A stretch of DNA of 64,000 nucleotides from Callorhinchus milii (lineage: Eukaryota). The translations under genes were made by a program, and so were the position numbers. The notes beneath the pieces are model-generated. The model saw only the letters and a list, made by a program, of their open reading frames with translations. It was not told where the DNA came from and searched no databases. Position 1 is the stretch's first letter. Each line of letters begins with the position of its first letter. Of this stretch, positions 58,546 to 64,000 are shown in pieces. Location: assembly GCF_018977255.1 (NCBI RefSeq), contig NW_024704742.1, positions 134,108,001-134,172,000 on the forward strand, written 5' to 3'.

Positions 58546-61500
58546 ATCATCATTTGGAAGCCAGTTTCCCTTTTGAAAAAGTGAAGAAAACCTTTAAACT
58601 GATAGTCTAGGTCGGCACTCCATTGCAGTGCTGGGGGAGGGGGTGTGTGGGGGGGAAGGAACTCTATATTATCAGAATTAGGTCCTTCGGATGAGACGTT
58701 AACCCAAGGCTCTATTTGCCTGTTCAGGTAGATGCTAAAGATCCCATGGCACTATTGAGTAGTGCTTCACTATTGAGAGCACTTCACAGCAATGGATCCC
58801 TGGCTCGGCCCCGGGATCCGTTACTGTGAAGCGCTCTGAGACGCCGTCCGGCTGGGAGGGCGCTATATAAATACAAGTTGTTGTTGTTGTTGAGTAAGAG
58901 CAGGGAGTTTCTCCCAGTGTTGTGGCCAATAATCCCCAAATAAAATAGTCCACTCACTTCATGGTTGTTTGTGGGACTTTGCTGTGCGCAATTGGCTGCC
59001 TCGTTCACCCACAAACACAGTTAATCCACTTTATGGTATAACCTGTGCTTTGGGACACCCTCCTGATGTGAAAAGTGCTATATACCCAACATAAGGATCA
59101 TTATTATGACGTTAAATCAAGGCCAGCTGACCGCTCCTTCCGTTATCTGGAAGAAGTCGCTATACAAAAGTGCTAACTGTAGGGGCTGGGCTGAGGTGGT
59201 GTCTGGTGCCATCAGCAGTGTTTCTGGGTTTTGTTTCAATGAACTCAATTAAAAATAAAATCCTTACGAAATTCAAAACTGTGCCGTGGAACAAAAACAA
59301 CAACAAATTGCATTTATATAACTTTATAGCTTTCACATCTCAGGAGAACGTCCCAAGGCTGAGGACAGTGAAGAGTTTACACCCATACCAGGGGTTGGAA
59401 TCAAGGGGGGGGGGGTGGAGGTGGACAGAAGTCACGGTCAAAGAGGAAGGTGTTGCTTTGAAGGCGGCAAGGGAGGGGGTGACGGGAAGGGACTCCGGGA
59501 TAAGGTAAGTAGGAACCCGTTTTTTAAATCAATTGGCTGATCGTTTCCGGTGTAACAAACCCTTTAAAAACAAACAAATAATAATAATTTGGTCACTCAA
59601 TCCACTTCACAGTATATTCTGGGAAGCACTTTCAGACGATTCGATGACGTGATATCAAATGCAAGGATTCTTCTCATTATTTAAGAGTTAAAAAAANGAG
59701 AGCTGTTTGCACTCGGAATTTTTTTNAAATACTTTTTAAACATTTATTAAATGTTTAAACTCTCGATGAGATTACAGCTGACATACTTCACTATCAACAA
59801 CAGCAGCAAGACACGCCCTAGAGGAACATAAACAAGACGATGGCTACATTTCTCCATGCCATTTGTAAAGTTCTACACCAAAAAAAAAATCAGTTTAAAA
59901 AAGTACAAAATTTGTATTGAACTAAACACACAAGATATAAAAGCCTCAAAAAAATTATGAGTTGAAGCTTAGACTTACATTGGGAGGAATTCACAACAGA
60001 AGACAGAAGAGCGTTTGTGGTTTTTTTTTTAATCCTGTATCATGATTTTCTGTCAATTGAGGCCTTGGTGCCGAGATCACATCAACCTGCTTTTAAAATA
60101 CATCATCATGTCCGGAGTTGGCTCTGTTTGGAGTGTGACCAGTCCTACTGCAAATTCATGTTACGTCATTATTTGTCACTCGCGCCCTGGTTCCTCCCGT
60201 CCCATACCCTAAGGTACTATCAGTTCATGAAAACAACCCTCATCATTAGGTGTTTGTGGTGGTGGGGGGGGGGGGTGGAGGGATGGGGGACGAAGGGTGT
60301 CAGTCAATTCAGGATATCAGTGAATTCAGAACATCAGCAGCGAAGGAAAGTTCCCCACTGTTGTCCAAGCTCCTGGGTAATGATCTTTCATGGGACCTTC
60401 AGATGACAGGCGAAATTGCGATCCGGCGGTTCAAACGAACGATGGGGCAACGGGCTTACTTTGGTCGGTGCTGCAACCAAGGGAACAGAGGAGTGAGTGG
60501 GGCATGATGTGCGAGTGGGAGCTCTGCTCTATATAAACCAGCTCCAAACCAGCTATATAAACCAATCTGCTCAATCTGCATCGAGTAAAAGCAGGGAGTG
60601 AACTCGGGGCACCCCGACCCCGCCGATACTTTTTGTTTAAAGAGTTAAAAACATTTCCGGTTGTACCATAATTGACGACGAAAAAAATACAAAAATATAA
60701 ATCTTCACGTATCGTGTACAAAAAAATCCTCGCGCTTCAAAGAATGTAGCTTTACCGTTATCATTAGAATTTAAAGAGAATGTAGTGTAGTGCGCACCCC
60801 GTAACAATTAAACGTCCCACATGATATCCCTGGCTGATATAACAGTACCAGTGGGTAAGCACAGCTGCCCTGTGCACAGTCCCAGCTCAACTGTGGAATT
60901 ACATCTTGATTCTCATCTTGTTTCCTTCTGTGTCCAGATGCTGCGAAAACTAAAATGTACGGATGTGCAGAATTGGGGGGGGTGGGGGAAGGTTTGGGAA
61001 GAATCTCAACTTAAAGCATCCACTGTTTTTAGACTTCACGAGAGAGGCATGGAATCTTAAATTCCTTCTCTGTCTCAACAACAACAAATTACATTTGTAT
61101 AGCGCCTTTCACCTTCCAAGGTGCTGGAAGAGTTTGACTGTGAGCTTAGAGGCCAATCACAATGACTGTATGGGGGAAAACCTTAAATCTACTTAAAAGC
61201 AGGCGTTGACACATCAGGTAGGCTACGTTCTTTGAAGAGCCTCCTCTGAAACTGTCTGTGGTGTCAATGTCCTGCTAAGCCTTGAGATGTGGTTGCTGCA
61301 ATGGTGACTGTATTATCACACTCAGGTTTTTGTTTCTCTTGCCCCACCCCGCCAGAGAAAAACAATCTGCAGTAAAGTGATGCTCATCAAGATGAGAGAA
61401 TTTCACTGCTTTGGAACAGAACTTTCTATGTACCGAGTTGTCAGGGGCTGCAGTCCCAGGTCAGGCATGGCAATGGATTAGATCAGAGCAAATCTGCCTA

Positions 61501-61624
61501 TAAATTAACTTCTCCAGCCTCCAAAGGACCACCTCCCTCTATTTTCCACACCAGCATCCCATATGTCCTCGAGTGTGTAAAGAGCAGTGGTTCAGCCCCA
61601 GGAATTTCTGGGTTGAGAAATTCA

Positions 61625-62146
61625 CAAGCTGCAGATCATCCAATACTCTGCAGCTCCTGTAATCTCACGCACCAGGCTCCGTGACCCCATCACTCCCACC
61701 CTCACCCGACTCCACTGAGTCCCCATCCCTCGGAGGATCGAATTCAAGATCCTCGTCCTCACTTTCAAGGCCATCCATGGCCTTACCCCCTCCTACCTCT
61801 CTGACCTGCTGACTCCCTACCAACCTGCCCGCTCCCTCCGTTCATCGGGCTCCGGCCTGCTCCATGTCTCCTGCCTGACTCACCCTACCATCGGTGGCCG
61901 GACTTTCAGCCTCTCTTCCCCCACACTCTGGAACTCCATCCCACAGTATCTTTGCCTCGCTTCCTCTCTTGTCTCTTTCAAGGCCGGTCTCAAGACCCTC
62001 CTCTTTGATCGTGCCTTCAGTCACCCTCCCACCTCTCTGCCGTCCCTCACCCATGCTCTGGTCCTGATCCGACTGTCCAGTGCCTTGGGACATCCTCCCG
62101 ACATGAAAGGTGCTCTATAAATGTAATTTTGTTGTTGTTTTTGTTG
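61625..62146 (+). mobile_element. L2 LINE 3' fragment
   Basis: [45 protein letters not shown]; tail ctataaatgtaattttgttgttg. Confidence 0.88.
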
Positions 62147-64000
62147 AAACCCTCCACAAACATGGTGTGGACTTTGACCCTATCGATCTTAACGGGATTC
62201 AACCATAATGTGGAAGAAACTGTTCACCACTTTTCGTCGCTAACCAGTACCCCATCAGAAACGTAGATGAAATTAAAGAAAAAAAATAACCTTGCAGGAC
62301 TATTATTCAGCATAACCCATTGCCTTAGAAGACACTTTTACTTACGCCAACCTGTTTTGTCATGCTTTTCAAACCGCCCTCACCCCTATTTCTTCGACAG
62401 GTTAATAGCCCACAAAGCTTACAGTCAATTCACTTCACAGTGAAGCGCTTTGAGATGTCTCAAAACGTGATAAGGCGCTATATCAAATGCAAGGATTATT
62501 ATTATTATCACTTTTACCTGCATTTGCTAAGCAACACCACTGGGTGCCACAATAGTGCTAAGTGAGCCCTCCTAGTGGTAGGGAATAAGCACTGCAAACT
62601 TTTACAAAGTGGATTGACGTTCTGTCCTAAACACTTAAAATTGCGCAGCATTTGAAAATCAGAAATTCAGCCTTAAGGTGAAATTCCCATCTTTAAAACT
62701 TTCCTAAAATGTTGTACATTTGTCTTAAGCCTAAGACCATTAGAATTTCTGGGTCTAAAGGATTCTCCTGGACATTAGATAATGCACCAGTAACTCTAAG
62801 CACAGACCAACCAATCGATGACGTCAGGTGAATAAACTGGAAGAAAAACTAAGGGCAAGGAACAGAGGCAAGGAGAGGAGAGAAGGGGGCACTTCATCAA
62901 AACAGTGATAAGTGTATCAAGAACATGTGGCAAGACAAAGTCTCATATGTGTTATTGCAAGAGGGGTGGAGGGGAGGTTCCAACCACTGGATAAAAGAGC
63001 AGCTAGATTTCTAAAATGATCAAGGACCCAAATCGAAAGGACCAGTGCTCTCTGTCTGCAAAGTCAGTCTGTAAGATTTCAATCGTCCTGTTCACACAAC
63101 AGTAACATTGCTATTTAAATAGGAGCTTGCCTTTAAACAACTCATCGCTAAGTGCTCGCTCGCTCACTCACTCATACTTCGAAACCAAACAAAAATGACA
63201 ATCGCTTGCTCTTGCACACACACACACACACGCGCTCAAGTAATCTCTCTCTTGTAAATACTTATTAGGAAAATAACACTGACCAACTGATCCAAGATGC
63301 GGAAAAAAAGTAATTGATAATAAACCTGCTCACAAATAGAACATTCACAGTACCTGGGCTGTAATGTGCTCACATTATATATGGAAACACAAGCTCATGT
63401 GAGGGTTATTTTCCTGATTTTTTTCTGTTTCCCTTCTGCATATTATACCTTTTTGAGCGACTAAACCAGGGTTTTCAAAATAACATGACAATGTGATACA
63501 GCCCTGCTTAATTTGGTCCATTAGAAACACATTTTCAATTCATTTAAAAAAAACACTGAAGATTTGGCCAAAAGAGTTTCAACCGAACTAGACACGAGCA
63601 AAATACTGTTTATGTGAGACTTGACTCCCCTCTCCTCTGTTTTGTGTGTACGTGAGTTTTTCTTTGAAATAACGCCTTTAGTGAATGCCATTAGTTCCTT
63701 AGTGCCCGAGAGATCAAATTCACTGAATGGTGACCAAATTGCACAAGCTTTGTGGGAACCACAAGAGAGAACTTGTTTGGTGGCATAAAAAGTACAGAGT
63801 GAGTAAAAGGATGTATTGCAACAGTACAAAAATGTATACTTCTTAAAAAGTGTCGAGTTTCTTCCTTTTTTTCCCCAAATCAACCGACTGTGGATTTAGA
63901 CATGAGACCGCCACGGGGTTAGCTACGCGGCTGCCCAGGATCAGCATTTCCAGATGGTTCCGAGAGGGTCCTTATGGAACGTGTGACAGCGACACCAGGC

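Noticed and set aside
1..64000. CRISPR arrays, operons or other prokaryotic systems
   Set aside because: The DNA is eukaryotic and intron-containing; there is no regularly spaced repeat-spacer array.

Overview
Repeat-rich vertebrate genomic DNA, most likely from a cartilaginous fish (inferred from the repeat types and the GRP sequence; possibly a holocephalan such as Callorhinchus). Two spliced protein-coding genes were reconstructed by hand, both on the minus strand. (1) GRP (gastrin-releasing peptide): 3 coding exons, 13354->4498, 155-aa precursor containing [30 protein letters not shown], with a GC-AG second intron. (2) OACYL (O-acyltransferase-like, NRF-6/acyltransferase-3 family): 15 coding exons, 51040->34606, about 689 aa, with all intron phases consistent. 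It has an apparent 1-nt frameshift in exon 1, and its stop codon is supplied by the tail of an antisense CR1 LINE. No SEC11C exons were recognised between the two genes, where tetrapods carry SEC11C. The remainder is mostly tRNA-derived Deu-domain SINEs (including a young subfamily), L2 and CR1 fragments, Penelope-like remnants with hammerhead-ribozyme-like cores, an unclassified dispersed repeat (about 10 copies), and micro/minisatellites. Almost all ORFs in the supplied track are spurious repeat-derived frames. I found no clearly novel multi-gene system. Repeat boundaries are approximate; exon boundaries were read base by base.
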